Assembly: GCA_013001815.1 (NCBI GenBank)
Contig: JABDLV010000091.1
Span: 1-50,423, forward strand
Direction of reading: 5' to 3'
Source: Bacteroidia bacterium
Lineage (GTDB): Bacteria > Bacteroidota > Bacteroidia > AKYH767-A > OLB10
Length of the DNA stretch: 50,423 nt
The notes below the pieces were generated by a model. The model did not search any database. It had not been told where the DNA came from and saw only the letters and a program-made list of their open reading frames with translations. How positions within the stretch are numbered: the stretch's first letter is position 1; the number at the start of each line of letters is the position of its first letter. A program made the translations under genes and the position numbers. Positions 1 through 7,626 of this stretch are shown here, in pieces.

Positions 1-828
1 AATTTATCTTTCTTCTTTTCAAATGGAGTGGACCCTGAGTATGCAGTAATTGGAAGAGTAGCTAGAAGAATATGGGCGAAAGCCATGAAGCATTTGTATG
101 AGGCCAATGACCGTTCACAAATGTTAAAGTATCATATTCAAACGAGTGGTAGGTCACTGCACGCACAAGAAATTGATTTTAACGATATAAGAACAAGTCT
201 GCAGGCACTGTATGCCATTTATGATAATTGCAATTCATTACACACCAATGCATACGATGAAGCGATTACCACTCCAACTGAAGAATCTGTTAGAAGGGCA
301 ATGGCCATTCAACTAATAATTAATAAGGAACTAGGTCTGGCAAAAAATGAAAATCCATTGCAAGGTTCCTTTATTATTGAAGAGTTAACTGACTTAGTAG
401 AAGAGGCAGTGCTTGTTGAGTTTGAAAGAATTAATGAAAGAGGTGGTGTGCTTGGTTCAATGGAAACTATGTACCAAAGAGGAAAAATTCAAGAAGAGTC
501 ATTGTATTATGAAACACTGAAACATACCGGAGAATACCCTATTGTTGGTGTAAACACATTTTTGTCTTCGAAAGGTTCGCCAACCATAGTTCCGCAGGAA
601 GTAATTCGTTCAACAAAAGAAGAAAAGGAATACCAAATTAAAATGTTAGAGCAATTGCATAAGTATGGTGCAGAAAGTTTACCTGAAATGATTAAAGAGC
701 TGCAGCATTCTGCAATTTCTAACCAAAACATATTTGAGCATTTGATGGAAATGAGTAAGTACTGTTCACTGGGACAAATTACCAGCGCCCTTTTTGATGT
801 AGGTGGTCAGTACAGAAGAAATATGTAA
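1..828 (+). CDS. C-terminal part of a B12-dependent acyl-CoA mutase (methylmalonyl-CoA mutase family, IcmF-like); 5' end lies outside the window
   Basis: Frame 1 is open from nt 1, with no stop before the listed GTG at 28. Motifs [35 protein letters not shown] and the C-terminal GGQYRRNM match the catalytic barrel of acyl-CoA mutases. Confidence 0.7.
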   Translation, partial: NLSFFFSNGVDPEYAVIGRVARRIWAKAMKHLYEANDRSQMLKYHIQTSGRSLHAQEIDFNDIRTSLQALYAIYDNCNSLHTNAYDEAITTPTEESVRRAMAIQLIINKELGLAKNENPLQGSFIIEELTDLVEEAVLVEFERINERGGVLGSMETMYQRGKIQEESLYYETLKHTGEYPIVGVNTFLSSKGSPTIVPQEVIRSTKEEKEYQIKMLEQLHKYGAESLPEMIKELQHSAISNQNIFEHLMEMSKYCSLGQITSALFDVGGQYRRNM

Positions 829-842
829 TTTTTCAATTATCT

Positions 843-2039
843 ATGGCAGTTACCTGGCTTGATTTTAAAACTTTTACTGTAGGTAACAATGTAAAACTAG
901 TTCATGGCGGTGAAGATTTTTTTACCACACTAGAACATGTTATACGTTCTGCAAAAGAATTGCTCCATATTCAAATTTATCGATTTGATAGTGATGCTAC
1001 AGGGGAAAGAATTATTAAGGTTCTTTTAGAAGCAGCTGCCAGAGGAGTTAAAATATTTATGGTAGTTGATGCGTACGGGGCATCAAGGCTCACAGCAGAG
1101 TCTGAGGAAATATTAGAAAAGGCCGGTATTCAGTTCAGAAGATTTTCACCGTTTAAAATTTCAAAGTTTTTTCACTTAGGTAGAAGATTGCATCATAAGA
1201 TAGTTTTAGCAGATGGGAAATTGGCCTTGGTTGGGGGAATTAATGTTGCAGACCCATACCGTGGCACACAAGATGAACCTGCTTGGTTCGATTTTGCAAT
1301 GTTAGTAGAAGGGCCATGTTGTTCAGAGTTAGAACGTGTATGCCAAGATTTATGGAATAGAAAATTAAACCTACCAAGACCAAAATTAATTAGGCGAAAA
1401 AGATTTAGAAACCCTGTTGTTGGTAGGGAGCACATGATAAGAGTAAGTGAAAATGATTGGTTGAGGGGAAAATTAAATATTGGTAGAGTCTACAAAGATT
1501 TATTTTTAAACGCACAAGAAAGGGTGATTGTAGTTGCCAGTTATTTTTTACCCGGAAGACAAATGCGCTCATGGATAAAAAAGGCTGCAGATAGAGGAGT
1601 AGATGTAAAGCTTGTACTTGCAGGTGTAGCAGATGTGCCTATGGCAAAAGCTGCTAGTAATTATTTATATCAATGGCTATTAAAGTCCAACATAAGCATT
1701 TATGAATGGAATGAAAGTGTTCTGCATGGTAAGGCAGCTGTGGTAGATGATTGGTTTACAACATTAGGTTCATATAACTTAAATTTTTTAAGCCGCTATG
1801 GTAGTATAGAATTGAATCTGGATATATATGATGAAAATTTTGGAACCGAATTTTCTAAAGTTTTATTAAAGAAAATAGAAACAGGTGCCACTAAAGTAGA
1901 ATTAGAAGATTTTATTAAAAACAAAAACATCTTCGGTCGCATACACGACTGGTGGTCTTATCGTTTTGTACGATTTTCTATGTACTTATTGTTTTTGATA
2001 ACAAACAAAAACAAATATCAAGACAATGAAATGATTTAG
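843..2039 (+). CDS. Phospholipase D / cardiolipin synthase-like protein (two HKD motifs)
   Basis: Two HKD motifs are present: HHKIVLADGKLALVGGINV and LHGKAAVVDDWFTTLGSYNLN. There is a hydrophobic C-terminal helix (FVRFSMYLLFLI). Confidence 0.8.
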   Translation: MAVTWLDFKTFTVGNNVKLVHGGEDFFTTLEHVIRSAKELLHIQIYRFDSDATGERIIKVLLEAAARGVKIFMVVDAYGASRLTAESEEILEKAGIQFRRFSPFKISKFFHLGRRLHHKIVLADGKLALVGGINVADPYRGTQDEPAWFDFAMLVEGPCCSELERVCQDLWNRKLNLPRPKLIRRKRFRNPVVGREHMIRVSENDWLRGKLNIGRVYKDLFLNAQERVIVVASYFLPGRQMRSWIKKAADRGVDVKLVLAGVADVPMAKAASNYLYQWLLKSNISIYEWNESVLHGKAAVVDDWFTTLGSYNLNFLSRYGSIELNLDIYDENFGTEFSKVLLKKIETGATKVELEDFIKNKNIFGRIHDWWSYRFVRFSMYLLFLITNKNKYQDNEMI

Positions 2040-2040
2040 T

Positions 2041-2538
2041 CTAGAATGTTACGGTAATCGTACCTGTTGACTCTAATGGTGCTGATGGCAAATTGTTAAA
2101 GCGAGCAGACTGTGCAGCTTTTTTAGCCATTGTATGCAGATAAGCATCTGTGGTTGTTGTGCCTTCTGCTCCCGGTGTTGCTTTTCTTACGGTTCCATAT
2201 TTGTCAATTACCACTTCCACAACTACAATGCCTTTCTTTTGAGTTAGATTATTTACAACCGGTGATTTTGTCATTTCTCTTCCAGGCATTCTATAATATA
2301 CTCCTTTTGTGTCTGATGTTTGTTGGGTAACATCCGCAACATCAAATGTAATAGAAGCAACTTCCCCAATAGCATAAGTTGTTTCCATATCTCCGGTCAT
2401 AAAAGTGATTTCATCAGCTGTTGCAGAAACCATTTTTCCGTTTATTTTTTTTCCATCAATTGTTTCTAAAACGTGCTGTGCTTGTGATTGTATGCCAAAG
2501 AATAGAGTAAGGGCAAGTGTAAATAATGTGTATTTCAT
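2041..2538 (-). CDS. Secreted protein with TonB-C-terminal-like domain (function unknown)
   Basis: Signal peptide MKYTLFTLALTLFFGIQSQAQ. The C-terminal segment GIVVVEVVIDKYGTVRKA...ARFN resembles TonB C-terminal domains, but there is no TM anchor or Pro-rich linker. Confidence 0.5.
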   Translation of the reverse strand: MKYTLFTLALTLFFGIQSQAQHVLETIDGKKINGKMVSATADEITFMTGDMETTYAIGEVASITFDVADVTQQTSDTKGVYYRMPGREMTKSPVVNNLTQKKGIVVVEVVIDKYGTVRKATPGAEGTTTTDAYLHTMAKKAAQSARFNNLPSAPLESTGTITVTF

Positions 2539-2628
2539 GCGTTGAGATTTATTTTTGTTAAAATTACAATTCTGCTTTTTAATTTCTGTTTTTATACTTT
2601 TAAAGTTTTCAACGAATAATTAATTAGA

Positions 2629-3264
2629 ATGGAGTTTGAAACCTGCATTGATTTTTTAAATAAGCAATTATCCATGCCTTTGCCTGGAGAAGATGCCCAG
2701 TATAAGATGGCCCCTATGAAACGCAAAAGTAGGGTAGAAAAGTATGCGTCATCTCCAGATGCAAAACACAGCAGTGTTCTCCTTTTGCTTTATCCTGAAA
2801 ACAAGAATACCAATTTAGTTTTGATTAGAAGGGCCATTGATAATAGTCATCACTCTGGCCAAATTGCATTACCAGGAGGTGCTGTAGAGGCTCATGATGT
2901 GGATTTAAAAGCAACTGCGTTGAGGGAAACGGAAGAGGAGATAGGAGTAGCCTTATCTAAAATAGCGGTGCATGGTTCTCTTACCAAGCTTTATATTCCT
3001 GTGAGTAATTATTGGGTGCATCCATTTATAGGTTCAGTAAATCACATTCCCGAATTTATTCCAGACGACAAAGAAGTAGATGAAGTAATTACTTATGAAT
3101 TAAGTTACTTTATAAATTCAGATATAATAAAGCGGCACGACTTTAATACCAAAAGTGGATTCAAAATTTCTGCCCCATATTATCAGTTAGAAAAAGATAA
3201 ACTTTGGGGAGCAACCGCCATGATACTATCTGAGTTTTTAGAAATGCTTAAAATAAGGCAATAA
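2629..3264 (+). CDS. NUDIX hydrolase, CoA pyrophosphatase-like
   Basis: Nudix box GGAVEAHDVDLKATALRETEEEIGV, preceded by a CoA-type motif LVLIRRAIDNSHHSGQIALPGG. Confidence 0.8.
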   Translation: MEFETCIDFLNKQLSMPLPGEDAQYKMAPMKRKSRVEKYASSPDAKHSSVLLLLYPENKNTNLVLIRRAIDNSHHSGQIALPGGAVEAHDVDLKATALRETEEEIGVALSKIAVHGSLTKLYIPVSNYWVHPFIGSVNHIPEFIPDDKEVDEVITYELSYFINSDIIKRHDFNTKSGFKISAPYYQLEKDKLWGATAMILSEFLEMLKIRQ

Positions 3265-3295
3265 AAAAACCGGCCTCAGAAAGACCGGTTTTTTA
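3264..3295. terminator. Candidate bidirectional rho-independent terminator between convergent genes
   Basis: An A-tract (3264-3269) plus CCGG (3270-3273) pairs with CCGG (3285-3288) plus a T-tract (3289-3294). This gives a U-run on both strands. It lies between the stop at 3264 (+) and the stop at 3314 (-). The GC core is short. Confidence 0.6.
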
Positions 3296-3313
3296 TTATT
3301 CATTCAATTAAAA

Positions 3314-4192
3314 TTAGTCCCAGTTCTTAACTGTACCAAGAGTAGCTTTTTGAACGTTTACGATTTCGCTATTGGTAGCAGAACCACCATCACGATGAAC
3401 AAAAGCAATAATTTTAACTTTAGATGTATCCCATTTTGGAAGTCCTTGGGCGTTTAATGGAATAGCAGTTGAATATACTTTTACATCTTCACCTAAAGCT
3501 ACTTGAGCACTTGCTTCAACTAAATCACCCAAGTTAGCAGATAATACTTTTCTAACGGTATGATTATGCTCAAACCCAACTATAGGATTTCCCATTTGAT
3601 ACCAAGGTGAGCTTGCATCATTATTCATGTAGTTAGACTGGTTGTAAGATCCACCACCGGTAACACCATCTTCAATAACATAAGCTGTAACTCTAAAGTT
3701 ACCAGCAACAGGTGCAGCAAAACCGGTATGAACTTCAACTGATATTACTCCTGCTTCTACTGAAGACTTAATGGCAACACCTGCTAGAGCATTTCCGTTT
3801 AATATTCCTTGTGCAGCATTTTTCCAGGCGCCTCTGCTCATTGGAACAGAACCACCTTGTGCTGTTCTGTTTACCATGCCGGTAGGAAAACCAGTCACAT
3901 TAAATTTTTGGTCCAATTTATCATAGAGAGAAATTTCCATTGGGTCTCCTTGGTGAATGGCAGCGCCATAAACTTGGCCTGGAAACTGTGTCATGGTTTC
4001 ATCTACAATAGTTGCTCCATCTGGGCAGTACCCACACCAACAACCGGTAAATTCTTCAATTAATACTTTTTGAGTAAATGCTGCTGGAACAGGACCTATA
4101 TCGTCACCGCCACCACCACCATTATCATCATCTTTTTTGCAGGATGTAAATGCGATCATTACAGCTGCAGTGAATAATAAGAGTTTTTTCAT
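3314..4192 (-). CDS. Omp28-like thioredoxin-fold outer-membrane lipoprotein (CxxC intact)
   Basis: Lipobox AFTSC. The motif EEFTGCWCGYCPDG has a thioredoxin-like WCxxC. Blocks shared with the neighbouring paralog are GPVP..FTQKVLIE.FT, GMVNR, PIVG..HNH..R.VL and VNVQ.A.L...KNWD. Confidence 0.7.
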   Translation of the reverse strand: MKKLLLFTAAVMIAFTSCKKDDDNGGGGGDDIGPVPAAFTQKVLIEEFTGCWCGYCPDGATIVDETMTQFPGQVYGAAIHQGDPMEISLYDKLDQKFNVTGFPTGMVNRTAQGGSVPMSRGAWKNAAQGILNGNALAGVAIKSSVEAGVISVEVHTGFAAPVAGNFRVTAYVIEDGVTGGGSYNQSNYMNNDASSPWYQMGNPIVGFEHNHTVRKVLSANLGDLVEASAQVALGEDVKVYSTAIPLNAQGLPKWDTSKVKIIAFVHRDGGSATNSEIVNVQKATLGTVKNWD

Positions 4193-4301
4193 TTTTGTTA
4201 TTTGTTAGATTAAGTTTAGTTAATTTATTTCCTTTAAAAGCGATATGAATTTATTGAAAATAAAGCTATTAGGCAAATTGATTGATTTTCAATAGGGTAT
4301 A

Positions 4302-4338
4302 TAAAAAAAGAAAGCCGAATATTGAATATTCGGCTTTC
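4302..4338 (-). terminator. Rho-independent terminator of the upstream Omp28-like paralog
   Basis: GAAAGCCGAATATT (4310-4323) and AATATTCGGCTTTC (4325-4338) are perfect 14-nt inverted arms. On the minus strand they are followed by TTTTTTTA (complement of 4302-4309). Confidence 0.8.
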
Positions 4339-4396
4339 CGGTATTTAAACCAATTCCTGATAATTGCACTCAGGACCCTATGAAGTCATGAGGTTT

Positions 4397-5305
4397 TTAG
4401 TCCCAGTTTTTAAGTGAGTTTAACGGTGCAGTTTGTACGTTTAATACTTTACCAATAGACGAACCTGCAGTATGTTCAGTAATAAATGCAACTACATGTG
4501 TCTTAGCAGGGTCATAACCTGTAATGTTAGCCGTAAAATTAAATGCTTCAGAACCACCTGGAGTCTGCACGTGACTTGTTATTGCATCACCCCACGGAGC
4601 TGTTAAAACATCTCTTAATACATGGTTATGTTTATACCCAACTATTGGGTCACCTAAACTAAAGAATGATGTACGATTGTCTAAGTCAAATGCATTTGCT
4701 TGGTCAAAACCAATACCTGTGCCTGACATGTCATGCTCAATTAAATATACATTAACTGTTAAGTTTGTTGAAATTAAACTTGTAAATCCAACTTGAACAT
4801 CAATGTTTGCTGTATTGCCTAAGCTTCCTGCTCTTATAGCAAGACCACAGCCTGCAAAGTTTTGAGATTCAGAAGCAACCGGAGTATCCCAATCAGTAGG
4901 AGAATAAGAATATGTGCCAGATACAGGCTCAATACTTCTGTTGACCATTCCACCTGGTACTTCATGTGGTAATGTATATAAATCAGTTATTGAACTGTAC
5001 ATACTAGATACCATTGCATCATTTGTATGAATGTTTACACCAATAACATTGCTGTTGGTTGGAAGAACAAACTGATTTAGCTTTTCATGTGCAACAGGAC
5101 TTAATCCTTCATTTGCAGATGTAAAACTTTCAATTAATACTTTTTGTGTAAATCTGTTTGGTACGGGTCCTATGTTTCCTTTAGAACCTGGAGTTGTGAT
5201 TGCTGCTTTACTTCCAGAATTAGTGGGTGTCCACTCTGTTTCTGTTTTTTGACATGCTGTAAATACAACAAATAATAAGCTTAATAATAGCGAGAATTGT
5301 TTCAT
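4397..5305 (-). CDS. Omp28-like lipoprotein paralog lacking the CxxC motif
   Basis: Lipobox VFTAC. It has the same conserved blocks and the same C-terminal LKNWD as 3314-4192, but the CxxC position reads ESFTSANEGLSP. Confidence 0.65.
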   Translation of the reverse strand: MKQFSLLLSLLFVVFTACQKTETEWTPTNSGSKAAITTPGSKGNIGPVPNRFTQKVLIESFTSANEGLSPVAHEKLNQFVLPTNSNVIGVNIHTNDAMVSSMYSSITDLYTLPHEVPGGMVNRSIEPVSGTYSYSPTDWDTPVASESQNFAGCGLAIRAGSLGNTANIDVQVGFTSLISTNLTVNVYLIEHDMSGTGIGFDQANAFDLDNRTSFFSLGDPIVGYKHNHVLRDVLTAPWGDAITSHVQTPGGSEAFNFTANITGYDPAKTHVVAFITEHTAGSSIGKVLNVQTAPLNSLKNWD

Positions 5306-5635
5306 GGTTTAAATAAAATTTGTGGTGACTGAGCACCTGTTCACCACAATTATAACCTCAGTTACATCTCTAAATCTTTTAAAGTGATGCAGATTCTTAC
5401 ATCCTTTCTGTTGGATTATGTGCTATGTATAATTCAGAAAATCAATGAAATAGGTTAGAAAGAGCCTTTATTAACCTCGAAAAATGGAACAAAATGGAAG
5501 ATTTGGCACAATATTCCCTTTGTAAAAAAGTAGTATTTATAGTAACATTTGGTGATTAGCCCTTATAAATTGGCTAATGACTTGATTCATATGCTACACA
5601 GCATTTATCTTTGTATTATCTATTAAATCTAAGTT

Positions 5636-5755
5636 ATGCTCAAATCCCCCTGGAGCACATTTATTAAAACTGCTCTAACAATTATAGTAATAAGTGTAGT
5701 TTACTTTATGGTGTATTTCTTCGTAATGAGATCATTCGAAGGGTTTTCACTATAA
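5636..5755 (+). CDS. Possible unannotated 39-aa single-TM small protein
   Basis: ATG at 5636 and TAA at 5753-5755. Translation is MLKSPWSTFIKTALTIIVISVVYFMVYFFVMRSFEGFSL, with one hydrophobic helix. It lies 48 nt upstream of, and co-oriented with, the NUDIX gene. No homology evidence is available. Confidence 0.3.
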   Translation: MLKSPWSTFIKTALTIIVISVVYFMVYFFVMRSFEGFSL

Positions 5756-5803
5756 TTTTTCTGTAAGCGCCTTTCTATTCTTTAATCATTTATATTCACG
5801 GTT

Positions 5804-6259
5804 ATGAGTAAAAATGATTTCATTATTCGTGTTTATGGCATATATATAAATGCGAATAAGCAACTCTTACTTTCTGATGAAACATATAATGGTATTTCCT
5901 TTACTAAATTCCCGGGTGGCGGATTAGAAAAAGGAGAAGGCGCATTAGATTGCCTAAAGCGCGAGTTTTTAGAAGAAATGGATTTAGAAATAATGATTAA
6001 AGAGCACTTTTATACTACCGATTTTTACCAACCTTCTGCTTTTGATGAAAGCCGACAAGTAATAAGTATTTATTATGTAATCGAGGCAAATGATATAATA
6101 GCCTATGAAAAAATTGCCAATGCAAACGCTACAGACAGCAAAGAGTTAAATTTTAAATGGATTGATTTGAGCAAACTAAATGAATCTCATTTAACTTTTC
6201 CGATTGATAAGAAGGTGGTAGAGCTACTATCTAAAAAGCAACACCAAGGCGGTGTTTAA
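5804..6259 (+). CDS. NUDIX hydrolase (MutT-like, small)
   Basis: Nudix box GGGLEKGEGALDCLKREFLEEMDLEI. Confidence 0.8.
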   Translation: MSKNDFIIRVYGIYINANKQLLLSDETYNGISFTKFPGGGLEKGEGALDCLKREFLEEMDLEIMIKEHFYTTDFYQPSAFDESRQVISIYYVIEANDIIAYEKIANANATDSKELNFKWIDLSKLNESHLTFPIDKKVVELLSKKQHQGGV

Positions 6260-6809
6260 TTTCATTTTCAACTAGACTGAACAAGTCGTTTGGCCTAAAC
6301 TTGCGCCAGTTTAATTCGTCCAGCTTTCCTCCAAAAATTATGTTGTAATCTATATTGCTTTTGCAAAATTCTTCTTCTACGTGCTTTCTAAAATTAACAG
6401 CACATATCCATCCTTCATCTTGTACATCTTCATACCACTCCTGATAATAACAATCATCACTACTATGGAAATTTAAAACATTTTCTCCTATTAGAATGAA
6501 TTTATTAATACCCTGCGGAATCATTTCATCAATAATGTCTCTTTTTAAAGTCATTATATCATTGTTGATGCAATCATTCCATTCGCCAATTAATTCTATT
6601 ATAGCAAAGCCAGAATCATAATCGCAATAAACTACTTTAATATACAAGGTGCTTGAACCAATGTAATCCCATTGTGGATGGATGTAAAAATTGTAGATGG
6701 TATTGCTGTATTCAAATTCACTGTATTCTCTTCCGAAAAATGGAGATCGGTCATCTTCTGCAGCTATATATAAGTCACGCCAATTATAAAACGGTTCAAT
6801 GTCTTGCAT
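6231..6809 (-). CDS. Conserved hypothetical cytoplasmic protein (acidic, Trp/Cys-rich)
   Basis: 192-aa ORF whose start codon lies 1 nt after the murQ stop. I recognise no family motif. The segment ELIGEWNDCINNDIMTLKRDIIDEM...FILIGENVLNFHSSDD loosely resembles STAS/anti-sigma-antagonist topology. Confidence 0.6.
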   Translation of the reverse strand: MQDIEPFYNWRDLYIAAEDDRSPFFGREYSEFEYSNTIYNFYIHPQWDYIGSSTLYIKVVYCDYDSGFAIIELIGEWNDCINNDIMTLKRDIIDEMIPQGINKFILIGENVLNFHSSDDCYYQEWYEDVQDEGWICAVNFRKHVEEEFCKSNIDYNIIFGGKLDELNWRKFRPNDLFSLVENEIKHRLGVAF

Positions 6810-6810
6810 C

Positions 6811-7623
6811 TTACTTTTTCTTCAATTCACTAATTGCGCTCCGCACGCTACCGTAATTTAATAAATATTCTTTGGCCTTTTCTTCACTAATGTTCAATTC
6901 ATTCATCAACATTTTAACACCTCTATCAACTAATTTGTTGTTTGATAATTGCATGTCAACCATTTTGTTTCCTTTCACTCTGCCTAATTTTATCATGGCT
7001 GCAGATGATACCATGTTTAAAACCAGTTTTTGAGCAGTGCCGGATTTCATTCTTGTGCTTCCGGTCACAAATTCAGGCCCAACCACCACTTCAACAGGAA
7101 AATCAGAAACTTTAGAAATGGGAGCATTAGGATTGCAAGTGATACAACCGGTGGTAATGTTGTTTTTTTGACATAATTCCAAGGCGCCAACAACATATGG
7201 GGTAGTGCCACTGGCAGCCAATCCGATTACGATATCTTTTTCAGAAATATTTTCTTTTTGCAAATCATGCCAGCCCCCTAAAGGATCATCTTCTGCAAAC
7301 TCTACAGCTTTTCTTATTGCACTATCGCCACCGGCTATTAATCCAATGACTAAATCATGTTCTACGCCATAAGTAGGAGGGCATTCTGAAGCATCTACAA
7401 TTCCTAATCTTCCGCTTGTACCTGCACCTATGTAAAACAATCTGCCACCCGAATTTAGTTTTTCAAAAACGGCCTGAGCTAATTTGGTTATAGCGGGCAA
7501 TTCTTTTTCTACAGAAACTGCAACCGTTTTATCTTCTTTGTTGATGTTTTCAATCAGTTCGCCAACTTCCATTTTTTCAAGGTCATCGTAGTTGGATGAC
7601 TTTTCGGTGATGCGCGAACTCAT
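6811..7623 (-). CDS. murQ: N-acetylmuramic acid 6-phosphate etherase
   Basis: SIS-domain motifs RLFYIGAGTSGRLG, DASECPPTYG and GLAASGTTPYV are present. Length and N-terminus are typical of MurQ. Confidence 0.9.
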   Translation of the reverse strand: MSSRITEKSSNYDDLEKMEVGELIENINKEDKTVAVSVEKELPAITKLAQAVFEKLNSGGRLFYIGAGTSGRLGIVDASECPPTYGVEHDLVIGLIAGGDSAIRKAVEFAEDDPLGGWHDLQKENISEKDIVIGLAASGTTPYVVGALELCQKNNITTGCITCNPNAPISKVSDFPVEVVVGPEFVTGSTRMKSGTAQKLVLNMVSSAAMIKLGRVKGNKMVDMQLSNNKLVDRGVKMLMNELNISEEKAKEYLLNYGSVRSAISELKKK

Positions 7624-7626
7624 TTA

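Noticed and set aside
4105-4123. CAC CGC CAC CAC CAC C run (Gly5 codons on the minus strand) in the Omp28-like gene, considered as a slipped-strand phase-variation tract.
   Set aside because: It is an imperfect trinucleotide repeat of about 5 units that stays in frame. It encodes a flexible Gly linker after the lipobox and is not a frameshifting tract.
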